A stretch of 64,000 bases of DNA from Vulcanimicrobiota bacterium (lineage in GTDB: Bacteria; Vulcanimicrobiota; Vulcanimicrobiia; Vulcanimicrobiales; Vulcanimicrobiaceae). Position numbers and translations under genes: made by a program. Shown here piece by piece: positions 50,317 through 60,320 of this stretch; position 1 is the first letter of the stretch, and each line of letters opens with the position of its first letter. The notes below the pieces were generated by a model. The model was given only the letters and a program-made list of their open reading frames with translations, did not search any database and was not told the origin of the DNA. Where the stretch lies: assembly GCA_963714015.1 (NCBI GenBank), contig OY970223.1, positions 1,216,001 through 1,280,000 of the forward strand. Reading direction: 5' to 3'.

Positions 50317-50811
50317 ATGCGGCCTGCCGTTACGGTATCCTTGAAGCGTTTGCCCGAGGGTGAGGGTCTTGACGTGCCGCTCTACATGAGCGCGCACGCC
50401 GCCGGCGCCGATTTGTTTGCCGCCGTTTCCGGCGATCTCACGCTGTTTCCCGGTGCGCGTGCCTTGATTCCGACCGGGTTCTCCATAGCCTTGCCGGACG
50501 GATTCGAAGCACAGATTCGGCCGCGCAGCGGTCTGGCGTATCGCAACGGCGTTACCTGTCTGAATTCGCCGGGAACCATCGACGCGGACTATCGCGGCCC
50601 GCTCTGCGTGCTGCTCGCCAACCTCGGCTCCGAGCCGTACGTCGTCCATCGCGGCGATCGTATCGCTCAATTGGTTGTCGCTCCCATTGCGCGGGCACAT
50701 TTTCAGATAGTGGACGAATTGAACGAAACGGCGCGCGCGGCCGGCGGCTTCGGCAGCACCGGAATCGGCACGGATGTCAGTCTCTCCGGCGCCCGCGGGG
50801 ACGCAACGTGA
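50317..50811 (+). CDS. dut: dUTP diphosphatase
   Basis: [37 protein letters not shown]. Confidence 0.97.
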   Translation: MRPAVTVSLKRLPEGEGLDVPLYMSAHAAGADLFAAVSGDLTLFPGARALIPTGFSIALPDGFEAQIRPRSGLAYRNGVTCLNSPGTIDADYRGPLCVLLANLGSEPYVVHRGDRIAQLVVAPIARAHFQIVDELNETARAAGGFGSTGIGTDVSLSGARGDAT

Positions 50812-51785
50812 AAGTTTACGTCGTCGGCGCCGGTGCGGTGGGCACGTATTTGGGCGACGTGCTGCAGTCGATCAACGTGGAGGTGACGTACGCTCCGCGC
50901 GACATCGAGCGCGTTTCACCGATCGACGCCGACGTGGCGATCGTGGCGGTCAAGGCCTATGACACCGAAGGCGCGATCGAGACGCTGCGCAAGGGAATCG
51001 CATATCCCGAAAAGTGCGTCTTCGTGACGCCGCAGAACGGCGTGGGCAACGAAGAGAAGATCGCGGCGGCGTTCGGAGCGGACAGCGTGGTCGCCGCGGC
51101 GCTCACCACGCCGGTCGACCGGGGTCGTAACCACGGTCACGGGATACCCGCCAAAGAGGGCGGCCTGGCGTTCGCGCCGATGGGGCAGAACGCGTATAAC
51201 TGGCTTACCGCGACGTTTGCGAGCAGCGGCATGAAGGTTCAGGTCGTCAACGATTGGCGCGCGCTCAAGTGGTCGAAGCTCGCGCTGAACGTCGTGGCAA
51301 ACGCCAGCTGCGCGATCCTCAACGTGCTTCCCAACCGTCTCGTCCACTTTGAAGAGATCTTCACGCTCGAGATTCGCGCGATCCGAGAAGTGCGCGCGGT
51401 GATGCAGGCAATGAACGTCACGCCGATCGATCTGCCGCGCTATCCCGTGCGGGCGCTTCAGGGCATCGCAACGCTGCCCAGCCCGATTGCGCGCCGTCTG
51501 CTGGCAGGCCGCGTAGCCGGTGCTCGAGGTACCAAGCCGCCCTCACTGCTGACCGACCTGCGCGCCGGAAAGGCGCAGACCGAGGTAGACTTTCTGAACG
51601 GGGCCGTCGCATGCGCCGGCCGCGACAATAACGTTCCCGTCCCCGTGAATGCCGTCTATTCCCGCGTTTTGGACGACATCGCCCACATGCCGCAATTGTG
51701 GGCGAAATATCGCGAGCGGCCTGATACGCTGGCGATGGAAGTGGAAGCCGAGGTCAAGCGCACTCGCGCGCTTGCCCGCAGCTGA
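50808..51785 (+). CDS. Ketopantoate reductase family (PanE/ApbA)
   Basis: [41 protein letters not shown]. Confidence 0.85.
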   Translation: MKVYVVGAGAVGTYLGDVLQSINVEVTYAPRDIERVSPIDADVAIVAVKAYDTEGAIETLRKGIAYPEKCVFVTPQNGVGNEEKIAAAFGADSVVAAALTTPVDRGRNHGHGIPAKEGGLAFAPMGQNAYNWLTATFASSGMKVQVVNDWRALKWSKLALNVVANASCAILNVLPNRLVHFEEIFTLEIRAIREVRAVMQAMNVTPIDLPRYPVRALQGIATLPSPIARRLLAGRVAGARGTKPPSLLTDLRAGKAQTEVDFLNGAVACAGRDNNVPVPVNAVYSRVLDDIAHMPQLWAKYRERPDTLAMEVEAEVKRTRALARS

Positions 51786-51804
51786 TTTCAAAGCGAGGTA
51801 AAGC

Positions 51805-52684
51805 GTGCGGCACCCGGACGTAAATGAGACGATCGAAGGCTGGTGGATTCTTCACCGCATGTTCGCGGTCGACCGGCGCCGTTGGAGCGAGCTTCCGGAG
51901 CAAGCACAGGCGGAAATCACTCGTGAAGCGGCGGACGCGCTTCACCAGATGAAAGAAGCCTGCCGACGGCGACGCCGGTTTGGTACAGCTGCTCGGACAC
52001 AAAGCGGATCTGATGCTCACGCACTACGCGCAGAGTTACGAGGGCTTGGCGCGCGCGCAGATGCAATTTGATCGCTGCGAACTCAACGAGTACCTGGAGC
52101 CGCGGGACTCCTACGTCTCCGTGCTGGAGTTAGGCCTCTACGAGGCAACCGGCAAGATCCACGCCGCACTTCAGGATCGCGATTTGAAACGTTTCTCCCC
52201 CGAATGGAATGCGGCGTTCGATGAACTGCTGCAAGAGCAGGCGACGCATCCCCGCAACGCGGCTAGACTAACGGCGCGAATACCCCAGCGCCGCTACGTT
52301 TGCTTCTATCCTATGGATAAGAAACGCGACGGATCCGACAACTGGTACACGCTTCCGTTCGAAGACCGGGCGCGTCTGATGCTGGACCACGGCAAGATCG
52401 GACGATCGTTTCACGGTCTTGTGACTCAAGTGATCAGCGGATCGATCGGCTACGACGATTATGAGTGGGGCGTCGATCTTTACGCGGACGACCCGCTCGT
52501 CTTCAAGAAGCTGATTTACGAGATGCGCTTCGACGAGGCAAGCGCGCGATACGCCGCATTCGGTCCCTTTTTCACCGGCGTGCAGTTCTCAATCGCGCAC
52601 TCTCGACGTATCTCTCGGGACGCAGTGTACCGGCCCTTGTGGAACCGGAGGCCGCGACCGTCTGAGCAACTGCGAGATGCGTGA
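51805..52684 (+). CDS. chdC: Coproheme decarboxylase (ChdC/HemQ), +1 frameshift near 51960
   Basis: TIEGWWILH, LGHKADL, SYVSVLELG.Y, CFYPMDKKR, NWY.LP, HG.IGR, EWGV, YEMRFDE.SARY. Confidence 0.88.
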
Positions 52685-53141
52685 AGCGCTCGACGAGGAC
52701 GTCTCGTATATCGTCGCTCTCTTCAAACGCGCGCACGTGTCCGAATTCATGAACGTCCCAAGCCGCGATATGGTGCTGGCGTCAATCGAACATCCGAGCG
52801 CCGAGAACTACATCATCGAAAGTCATGGCGAGCCTTTCGGAAACTTCGTGCTGCGCAACCAAGGCTTCTTGATCGAGTTCTTGGCATTGGCGGTGTCGCA
52901 GCCGCAGGCGGGCGCGGGAACGTTCGCATTGCGCTGGGGCGCCCGCCGGGCATTCGAGGATCTCGGAGCGCATCGCGTCTACTTGGAAGTGCGCGAAGAT
53001 AACTCCGTTACGCGCCGTTTGGTGGAACGGCTGGGCTGGGTTCAAGAAGCGCTCTTTCGCGACGGATTTCAAGACGAGCGCACCGGCGAATTTCGAAACC
53101 TTTGCGGGTACGGCATGCTGCGCGCCGAGTACCGAGCCTAG
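52677..53141 (+). CDS. GNAT (RimJ/RimL-like) acetyltransferase
   Basis: AFEDLGAHRVYLEVREDN, ERLGWVQE. Confidence 0.82.
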   Translation: MREALDEDVSYIVALFKRAHVSEFMNVPSRDMVLASIEHPSAENYIIESHGEPFGNFVLRNQGFLIEFLALAVSQPQAGAGTFALRWGARRAFEDLGAHRVYLEVREDNSVTRRLVERLGWVQEALFRDGFQDERTGEFRNLCGYGMLRAEYRA

Positions 53142-53145
53142 GAAA

Positions 53146-53624
53146 GTGAAGTCTGTACTTTCTGCGTCATGGAATCGCCGTCGACGCCCAGGATTTTGCA
53201 GGCAGCGACTTCGACCGGCCGCTGACCAAGGAAGGCCGAGAGAAGATGGCCTGCGAGGCCGGAGCGATCGCAGTCTCTGAATCTCGGCTTGGACGCAATT
53301 ATGACAAGCCCGCTGCTGCGCGCTCGTCAAACGGCAGAATCGGTGGCCGGCGAACTCGGCATGGAGAAAGATCTGCGCATCGACGATCGTTTAGATCCCG
53401 GCTTCGAGGGCCGCCGTTTGTTGGAAATGCTGCAAGAGCATGCCGGCTGTGACGCACTGATGATCGTCGGCCACGAACCTAGTATGAGTACGGTTCTGAG
53501 TGGACTGATTGGCGGCGGGAGCATCGATCTGAAGAAGGGCGGTCTTGCGTGCGTGGAGCTGACGGATCGTTCGCTCGCGCGCGGGACGCTGCAATGGCTG
53601 GTCTCGCCGAAGATCCTGATCTGA
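53146..53624 (+). CDS. sixA: Phosphohistidine phosphatase SixA, two apparent +1 frameshifts (about 53152 and 53273)
   Basis: LYFLRHGIA, DFDRPLT.EG, TSPLLRARQTA, IVGHEP, LKKGG, recovered across three frames. Confidence 0.82.
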
Positions 53625-53647
53625 CCGTACCGGTGGACGGCTCGCTT

Positions 53648-54058
53648 TTAAGTTCGTGCGGCTTCGAGGCTCGGCCGGTAGGTTCCGAAAGACCACAGAT
53701 TTCCTTCGACATCCCGGCATGAATAGTCGCGCGAACCATACTCCTGATCCGTAAGCGGGCGGACGATCTCGGCTCCCGCCGCCGTTGCTCGCGCAAAGTG
53801 CGCGTCCGCATCCGGAACGCAGACGTAGATCGCAGCCGTTACGCCCCCGGCCTGCGCCGGGCTCATAATCTCTAGGCTGGTTCCTTCCCGGATGCTTCCG
53901 AGCATCAGTACGGAATCGCCGTAGCGCAGCTCCGCATGTTCGACGTACTGCGCGGTTTCATAGACCGCCAGCTTCTCGAAGCCGAATGCCTCGCAAAGCC
54001 ACCTAATTGCTTTTTTGGCGTCTTTGTACCTGAGCGCCGGAAACATCGTTTGAGCCAT
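53648..54058 (-). CDS. VOC/glyoxalase family protein
   Basis: PALRYKDA..AI.WL.EAFGF, HAELRYG, DQEYGSR, D.EGNLWSFGTY; RBS AAGGAG. Confidence 0.92.
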   Translation of the reverse strand: MAQTMFPALRYKDAKKAIRWLCEAFGFEKLAVYETAQYVEHAELRYGDSVLMLGSIREGTSLEIMSPAQAGGVTAAIYVCVPDADAHFARATAAGAEIVRPLTDQEYGSRDYSCRDVEGNLWSFGTYRPSLEAART

Positions 54059-54212
54059 GTAGTAATCTCCTTTGGCACAGTTCCACGACTCCGCGCAAAG
54101 CATCGCCCGGAGCCGGCGACCAGCGGCCGACCGTCCAGGAATCGCGCATTCTCTCAACGCGCTCAATGCTGAACATTGCATCCGAAGAGTTCGCCGCCGC
54201 AGGCGCAAATGA

Positions 54213-56792
54213 CTACTCGTAGCGCAGCGCGCCGACCGGATCCATTCGCGCTGCTCGGGACGCCGGTATGATTGCTGCCGCGACCGTGCAAGCGACCAGC
54301 GCGAGCACGACGAGCGCGAACGTCAACGGATCGAGGACGGAGGTTTCGAAAAGAATTCCCGACAGCGCACGCGTGAACAATGCTGCTAGGACGATGCCGA
54401 AGGCGATCCCTAAGGCGCTCTGCCGCAATGCCCCGCCAATCACATCGCGCAATAGATCAGCGGATTGAGCTCCGATCGCTCGGCGAATCCCCAGTTCGTG
54501 CGTTCGCCGTTCGACACCATAAGCGCATACGGCGTAGACCCCGGAGATTGCTAGGATCAATGCGAGCAAAGCGAAGAATCCGAACAGCTCGACAAGTATC
54601 TGCGCCTTGAACGCGTCTCGTGCGAAGAGTTCGCGGTACGAGGAAATCATGGGCGGCGCAAGCTCAGGATCTACCCGCGCGAAGGCTTTGTCGATGGCTT
54701 TTGATGACGGTGAAAGACCGTCCGAGAGCCGCAGCAAGAAGCCTCCGGCAAACGGTGCTTGCGCAAGCGGCAAGTAAGCCCGGGCCTGGGCTGGACCGCT
54801 GAACGAATCACGTGTGTCCGCGACGACGCCGACAATAGCATTTCCACGTTGCGGCGCATCTCCGTCTTCCGGCATGACGCGTCGTCCGAGCACGTCCGTC
54901 GTTCCGAAGAAAGCGCGAGCGAACGTTGCGCTCACGATCATTACCGGCCGGTCAAAGGCGCCGTCCGAATCGAGAAAGTACCGGCCGCGGACCAGCGGAA
55001 TTCGCAGCGTCTGGAAAAATTGCGGTTCTACGAACGATATAGGCGCGTCTCGCAGCTTCTCAACCCCTGCAGGGGTTGCAAAGCCGGTGGAATTCACCTG
55101 TCCGGAAAACGGAGCATCCGTCGATGCGGCCACTTTTACAACGCCTGGGAGCAACGCCAAACGATTTTCGAGGCGACGGACGCCGGTTTTAGGCAGGCCG
55201 TCCGTTTGTACCCAGTACGTGTTCTGCCCATCGAATCCGACGTCGACGTGCGTCAGCGCTAAGAAGCTTCGGAACAGAAGGCCGGCGGGAATTGACAGTG
55301 CCACTGCCAGGGTGATTTCGGCCACGAGGAGCCCGGCTCGGATCCTTCCGGTGAAGGCGGCGCTCGTGGATCTGCTAGAGGAATGCAGCGACGTGGCGGC
55401 GTTGCGGCGACGCGCGAGCGCCGGGAGCGTTCCGGTGAAGAACGCCACGACGACCACCAGAGCTGCGGAGTACGAGAACATTCGTCCGTCGATCGCGACG
55501 TCTTGCCAACGCGGCAAATGCGAGGCGCCCATTTGAGCAAAGAAAGAAAGCGTGAGCTGTCCCAGCATCAAACCGCAGGCACAGCCGAGGGCCGTCAGCA
55601 GCCCCGACTCAACAGTGGCTTGAACGATAAGGCGCGACGATGATGCGCCCAGTGCGGAGCGGATCGCAAATTCTCCTTGACGAGCTGCGGTGCGGCCGAG
55701 CTGCAGATTTGCGACGTTCACGCAAGCAACGAGCAGCACGATGCCGGCTGCTGCGTACAATAGCCACAGCAGCAGTCTTAGCGGCGCCGTAATGCGCTCG
55801 AGCAGTGGGGTTACTACAGTGCCGACAAACCCACCCTCGTGATTGCCGGGCCGCAGCCGTGTGCTTCGCTTTAGTATGCGATCGAGGTCTCTGCGCGATT
55901 GCGCCGGATTAACATTCTGCTTCAAACGCGCGATCACGGAGTAGTTGAAGCTTCCCGGAGCAAGAGCCTCGCGATCGTGAGTTGGAATCGGGAGCCATAC
56001 TTCCGTCGGAATCATTCCCCAGTTGTCCGGTGCATCGGTGTTGGGTACGATGCCGACCACGCGATAACGGCCGTCCACACTATGGGGACCACGAGCTCCG
56101 TAATCGATGCTGTTCAACAGAATGCTTCGTTTGAGTATGCCGGGATCGGCGCCGAACGACTCGCGCCAGAGCCCTTCCGAAATGACGGCGCGGTTCGTCC
56201 CCATATCGGCCGCCGTAAACGTACGGCCTAACTCGGCATGGATGCTCAGCAAAGAAAAGAAGTTCGGATCGATCTGCCGTCCTACCAACTCCCGAGGCGT
56301 TCCTGCTCCGATAATCGTGTACCCCGTGGAGCGCGATAGGGATACGGAATCAAGGGTGACGTTGTCGCGCTGAATATCCCGAAAATCCGGATAGGGCAAC
56401 TGAGGCGATGGACCGTGGCGAAGGGTTTCGTTGATAAAAACCAATCGGTCCGCGTCCGGATAGGGCAGCGGTCGCAACAGGACGTTCGCCACGATGCTCG
56501 CAATCGCGACGTTGACGCCCACCGCGACTGCGATCGTTCCAACGGCGACGATGGTGAAGAGCGGCGTTTTGGCAAAAGATTTCACTGCAAAGCGCAGGTC
56601 GCGGACGATCGCTTCACCATGCAATTGCATGCCGGCACCGAAAACGTTCCAACACGTGCGCAAAAGCGGCAGCGGTTTATGCCGCGAAGCATCGAGGTCG
56701 TGTTCCAGCTCCTCGCCGAAGTGTTCGCGAAACTCGCGCGGACAAAACATCAGCGCGATGTGCAGCAGCCACGGCGGCTTGATGCCGATCAC
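54213..56792 (-). CDS. Duplicated MacB/FtsX-type ABC permease (ADOP-like)
   Basis: DLRFA.K...KTP.F, LLRPLPYPDADRLV, LLVACVNVANL, ELGIRRAIGA, PASRAARMDP..ALRYE; GTG overlaps PadR stop. Confidence 0.92.
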   Translation of the reverse strand: MIGIKPPWLLHIALMFCPREFREHFGEELEHDLDASRHKPLPLLRTCWNVFGAGMQLHGEAIVRDLRFAVKSFAKTPLFTIVAVGTIAVAVGVNVAIASIVANVLLRPLPYPDADRLVFINETLRHGPSPQLPYPDFRDIQRDNVTLDSVSLSRSTGYTIIGAGTPRELVGRQIDPNFFSLLSIHAELGRTFTAADMGTNRAVISEGLWRESFGADPGILKRSILLNSIDYGARGPHSVDGRYRVVGIVPNTDAPDNWGMIPTEVWLPIPTHDREALAPGSFNYSVIARLKQNVNPAQSRRDLDRILKRSTRLRPGNHEGGFVGTVVTPLLERITAPLRLLLWLLYAAAGIVLLVACVNVANLQLGRTAARQGEFAIRSALGASSSRLIVQATVESGLLTALGCACGLMLGQLTLSFFAQMGASHLPRWQDVAIDGRMFSYSAALVVVVAFFTGTLPALARRRNAATSLHSSSRSTSAAFTGRIRAGLLVAEITLAVALSIPAGLLFRSFLALTHVDVGFDGQNTYWVQTDGLPKTGVRRLENRLALLPGVVKVAASTDAPFSGQVNSTGFATPAGVEKLRDAPISFVEPQFFQTLRIPLVRGRYFLDSDGAFDRPVMIVSATFARAFFGTTDVLGRRVMPEDGDAPQRGNAIVGVVADTRDSFSGPAQARAYLPLAQAPFAGGFLLRLSDGLSPSSKAIDKAFARVDPELAPPMISSYRELFARDAFKAQILVELFGFFALLALILAISGVYAVCAYGVERRTHELGIRRAIGAQSADLLRDVIGGALRQSALGIAFGIVLAALFTRALSGILFETSVLDPLTFALVVLALVACTVAAAIIPASRAARMDPVGALRYE

Positions 56793-57145
56793 GCTTTTCC
56801 CGTGGACGGTAAAAACCGGCGTGAACGCGCCAACCGTACCAGCGACTCCAAGCGTGCCGATTCGGCTTCGGCAATGCGACGGCCGCGAGGCGTCAGACGG
56901 TAGAACCGCCGGCGTTCGTCGCCGTCGCGGCCTTCGACCTCGACAATCCATCCGTCGGCGAGCATCTGTTTGAGCTTCTGATACAGCGTTCCGGCAAGGA
57001 TTTCAACGGCGCCGCGGGTCGAGGCTTCGACTTCCTTGATGATGCTGTAGCCGTGCCGCTCGCCGTCGCCCAGCGCAAGCATGATGTGAAATGCCGGAGT
57101 GCTTAGTGGAAGCACCGATTCAATGTGAGTCTGCCGTTTGGCCAT
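56789..57145 (-). CDS. PadR-family regulator (ADOP-associated)
   Basis: FHIMLAL..GERHGY, GTLY, RRRFYRLTPRG. Confidence 0.92.
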   Translation of the reverse strand: MAKRQTHIESVLPLSTPAFHIMLALGDGERHGYSIIKEVEASTRGAVEILAGTLYQKLKQMLADGWIVEVEGRDGDERRRFYRLTPRGRRIAEAESARLESLVRLARSRRFLPSTGKA

Positions 57146-57163
57146 AGCACCTTCGTAATTCAC

Positions 57164-57187
57164 AACTATAGTTCATGTAACTATAGT
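57164..57187. promoter_or_regulatory. Candidate PadR operator AACTATAGTT-CATGT-AACTATAGT
   Basis: Two ACTATAGT palindromes forming a larger near-palindrome just upstream of padR. Confidence 0.6.
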
Positions 57188-57250
57188 GCTCCCGAATACG
57201 AAATGTCAATCGACGGCATGAATGGGGAGTTTACGAAAGAAGAGCGCGCC

Positions 57251-57793
57251 ATGGACCCGATGGATTGGCTGCACCGCGTCGGCGCGTGGCGCGAGTTCTA
57301 CATTTTCACGGGCACCGCGGCCTCAACGCTCATGGGCCTGATGTTCGTCGTCATGTCCCTTGCGCAACGTTCGCTCATGACCGAACAAGGACGCGGCGCC
57401 ATCGGCGCATTCTTTACGCCCATCGTCATATTCTTCGCAACCGAAATGGCGGTGTCCATGCTGCTGCTCATTCCGGCGATTTCGCCGCTGTGGCTGGGCG
57501 TGGGTCTTGGCATCGCCGGTCTCTTTGGGACGGCGTACATGCTTATGAGAGGCGCCCACGCGCGTTGGAAACGACGCTGGGATCTGGACGTCGACGACTG
57601 GGTTTGGTATTTTGCGCTTCCCGCCCTGAGTTATCTCGTACTCATCGCGGGTGCGATCTTGGTGTTGAACTCTTCGTCGTTCGGGCTTTACGGCGCGGCG
57701 CTCGTTATGGGCGCGTTGCTGTTAATCGGCGTGCGAAATGCTTGGGACTTGGTGGTCTTTACCTTGCTGCGCCACGAATCCGAAGGGTCGTAA
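57251..57793 (+). CDS. Hypothetical multi-pass membrane protein
   Basis: W.EFY...GTAASTLMGLMFV.MS, DWVWY, GVRNAWDL; about 5 TM segments. Confidence 0.8.
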   Translation: MDPMDWLHRVGAWREFYIFTGTAASTLMGLMFVVMSLAQRSLMTEQGRGAIGAFFTPIVIFFATEMAVSMLLLIPAISPLWLGVGLGIAGLFGTAYMLMRGAHARWKRRWDLDVDDWVWYFALPALSYLVLIAGAILVLNSSSFGLYGAALVMGALLLIGVRNAWDLVVFTLLRHESEGS

Positions 57794-57815
57794 TCCGGCT
57801 ACCTTGTCCGGCGCT

Positions 57816-58181
57816 CTAGAGAAAACTGTGTGCATCTTCCTTCGCGGAGCACCCGCCGACTCGAATCACGCGAGCCCCGGGTTGTTCGGGGAGCTGCCCA
57901 GCGGGCATGATAGTGAAAAGCTCGTCCAGGCCGGTCACTGAGAAAATCCGCCGAACGCTGAAGCTGGCGCCGAAGAGGGGAATCGGATGGCGGAATCCCG
58001 CGTCGAGGCGCATGCGGCGCAGTCTCACGAGCGCATTCAAGAGCGTAGAATCCAGGTATGCCAGCCGGGCCAAACACACTTGAATGTCGGGCAATCGGGC
58101 AGCCGCCTCCACGGCATCGGAAATCTCCCGGCTTTGGAAGACGTCGATCTCACCCGCAAATTCTACGAGGGTCATCTCCAT
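57816..58181 (-). CDS. STAS-domain (anti-anti-sigma) protein
   Basis: GEIDV, YLDST.L..L, VRRIFSVTGLDELF. Confidence 0.8.
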   Translation of the reverse strand: MEMTLVEFAGEIDVFQSREISDAVEAAARLPDIQVCLARLAYLDSTLLNALVRLRRMRLDAGFRHPIPLFGASFSVRRIFSVTGLDELFTIMPAGQLPEQPGARVIRVGGCSAKEDAHSFL

Positions 58182-58351
58182 GGGACACGACTATAACACT
58201 GTTGTTACGTAGCATCAAGACGCCGAAAAAGTAAACGTTTGCGGCTTTCTTTTTTGCCGGTTCGGCGACTCTGCAGCAGCGGTACAGGTGAGTAGTCGGC
58301 GTCAACGAACGGCTTTCGATCCTTTCTGCCTAGATTCAGGAGGATATCGTC

Positions 58352-58627
58352 GTGCCGAGATTTATGGTCGAACGAACCTTTCCCGATGGACTGCACGTTC
58401 CGTCGAACCCCACCGGCGCGGACGCCTGCCTCACCGTCGTCGGCAAGAACGCCGGCGAGGGGGTCACATGGGTACATTCTTACGTTTCCAACGACAAGCG
58501 CAAGACGTACTGCATCTACGACGGTCCCACCGAGGGCGCGATCCGCGAGGCGGCGACGCTCAACGGTTTACCAATCGACACCGTCACGCAGGTCTCTGTT
58601 CTCGATCCGTACTTTTATCACGAATAG
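58352..58627 (+). CDS. DUF4242 family protein
   Basis: MPRFMVERTFP, VTWVHSYVS.DK.KTYCIYDGP, LDPYFY; RBS AGGAGG. Confidence 0.88.
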   Translation: MPRFMVERTFPDGLHVPSNPTGADACLTVVGKNAGEGVTWVHSYVSNDKRKTYCIYDGPTEGAIREAATLNGLPIDTVTQVSVLDPYFYHE

Positions 58628-58681
58628 CGCCCCTCCTCGACGGCACAAGGGGGCTGTTTTGCCGGGTCGTATTGTTGAAGT

Positions 58682-60256
58682 ATGCCATACGCCGATCCGG
58701 CGCGTTCCGCTTATTGCGCTGCGCGGCATCTGCTGCGTCACGCGGGAAACGCGCTCGAGCTCCGGCGCAATCCACTCGTTTGCGCGTCCGTAGACCGGGA
58801 GCTTAGCGATCCGCGTCTCGTAAGCGTCGTCCAAGCCAAGATCGATCGCGCTTTCGCGGCGATGGATCAAAATCCGGCTGCGTTCAGTGTGCGCCGGCGG
58901 TCTCGACATGCCGCCATTCTGCTCCGGTGCGACGTATTCCGGGAGCCGCGCCGAACGGTCGCCCGGGCGCTGACTCTTTCGCTGCCGCAGTTCGAACGCG
59001 AACGCCGAGCGGCGATGACGCGCTTTCTCGAATCTTTTCAGCGGTCCGGAACCGGCGGCGAAGCCATGGTCGACTCCGTACGCACCGGCTTGGCGCGGAC
59101 CGTGCGCGATCGCGCCGTGCGACTTGCGGACTCGGGCCATCGTCAATCCGCATTGACGCTGCTCGACGACGTCGTACGCAATGCCGGCCCGATGCAAAAG
59201 GTGCAGTCGCTCATCCGGGTTGCTGAAATCGAAGCGGGCGATCACGCGGTGCATCGCGCCAAGGCGGCGCTGAGGTCGGCAGCAACGGTGCTGCAAGGAG
59301 ATTCGCTCACTTCGGAGGAGTCCGGCCGTCTTTGGCTCGCGCATGAAGCGGCCGCACTACGTGTTTGCGCCGTGGAGCATGGGCCGCAAGCGGCTGCGCA
59401 GTCGATTCTCGAACGCCGCAGCTTGCCGCCCAGTGCCGAGAGCATCGCACTGCTCGTATCGCAAGCAGAAGTCCTCGACGCCTGCGGCATGGCGAAGGCT
59501 TGCCGTCCTTTCGTTTCCCAAGCGCTCGAACTCGTCCCCGCCGTGCCTGAAATCGAGCCGGCGACCGGCGTAGATCTTGCGGTTCTGAAAAGTCAGCTGA
59601 ACTTTTGGCTCGATCCATCGGCCAACGGGCGGGCCGGTCTCGACGAAGCGATCTCGATTGCGCGAGGGGCCGGGTATGCCGGACGAGCTGTATTCATGGA
59701 ACTCTCGGCTTTGGGCGGCCGATGGGCTGCAACGAATGCTCCGGAGACGCGGCGCAAGTATCGCGCCCTTTTGGAGCACATCAGGCGTTACGGGGAGATG
59801 CCGCGCGAGACGCGGTTCGTCGCATACTGGGATGCCGCGGACGTCGAGTGCGGTCTAGGCGATCCTTGGCGTGCCGCTGAGGCCGCGCGAAACGCTCTGG
59901 CTCTTGCTCCGAACCCGCAGCGAGCATTGCTGATGAAAGCGCTCCTGGCCAGGGCCTACGCTCGCGGGCGGCGGCTCGCCATGAGCGAGCGAATTGCTCT
60001 GGAGGTTATCGAGGACCGGGATGCCGGGCGATCGGGAATGGCCGTTTTCTCGGCGAAACGCACCCTCGCGTACCTGGCTTCACTCGGACACCGCCCGAGG
60101 GAGGCTTGGCAGCACCTAAGCGACGCCCGCGAACTGGCACCGCGCTATGGAACGGCGCGGGCAGCTGCCGACCTCGAGCAAACGCTCACAAAATTCAGGC
60201 GGCAAACGGCGCCTTCCGTTTCCATCGTTTTTCGATCGCCGGAACCGTCGGTCTAG
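58682..60256 (+). CDS. Hypothetical protein, putative N-terminal HTH plus TPR-like helical repeats
   Basis: 524-aa Ala/Arg/Leu-rich ORF; RHAAILLRCD...TVARALTLSLPQFERERRAA; repeated A...AL.LA helices. Confidence 0.6.
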   Translation: MPYADPARSAYCAARHLLRHAGNALELRRNPLVCASVDRELSDPRLVSVVQAKIDRAFAAMDQNPAAFSVRRRSRHAAILLRCDVFREPRRTVARALTLSLPQFERERRAAMTRFLESFQRSGTGGEAMVDSVRTGLARTVRDRAVRLADSGHRQSALTLLDDVVRNAGPMQKVQSLIRVAEIEAGDHAVHRAKAALRSAATVLQGDSLTSEESGRLWLAHEAAALRVCAVEHGPQAAAQSILERRSLPPSAESIALLVSQAEVLDACGMAKACRPFVSQALELVPAVPEIEPATGVDLAVLKSQLNFWLDPSANGRAGLDEAISIARGAGYAGRAVFMELSALGGRWAATNAPETRRKYRALLEHIRRYGEMPRETRFVAYWDAADVECGLGDPWRAAEAARNALALAPNPQRALLMKALLARAYARGRRLAMSERIALEVIEDRDAGRSGMAVFSAKRTLAYLASLGHRPREAWQHLSDARELAPRYGTARAAADLEQTLTKFRRQTAPSVSIVFRSPEPSV

Positions 60257-60320
60257 GGGTCGCCCCGGCCCAGCGATAAGGGCATGATATTCCGCCATTT
60301 CCTCCCTAGGAGAACCGACC

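Noticed and set aside
15172..56951. Apparent long N-terminal extensions or fusions (MmyB 405 aa, HMG-CoA lyase 457 aa, AI-2E 569 aa, RlmH 454 aa, ADOP 912 aa)
   Set aside because: Artefacts of longest-ORF calling; internal starts with RBS or stop/start overlaps give normal lengths
58190..58305. Structured RNA from GACGCCGA/TCGGCGTC pairing and a TAACA-N4-TGTTA palindrome
   Set aside because: Short arms only; compatible with an ordinary divergent promoter region
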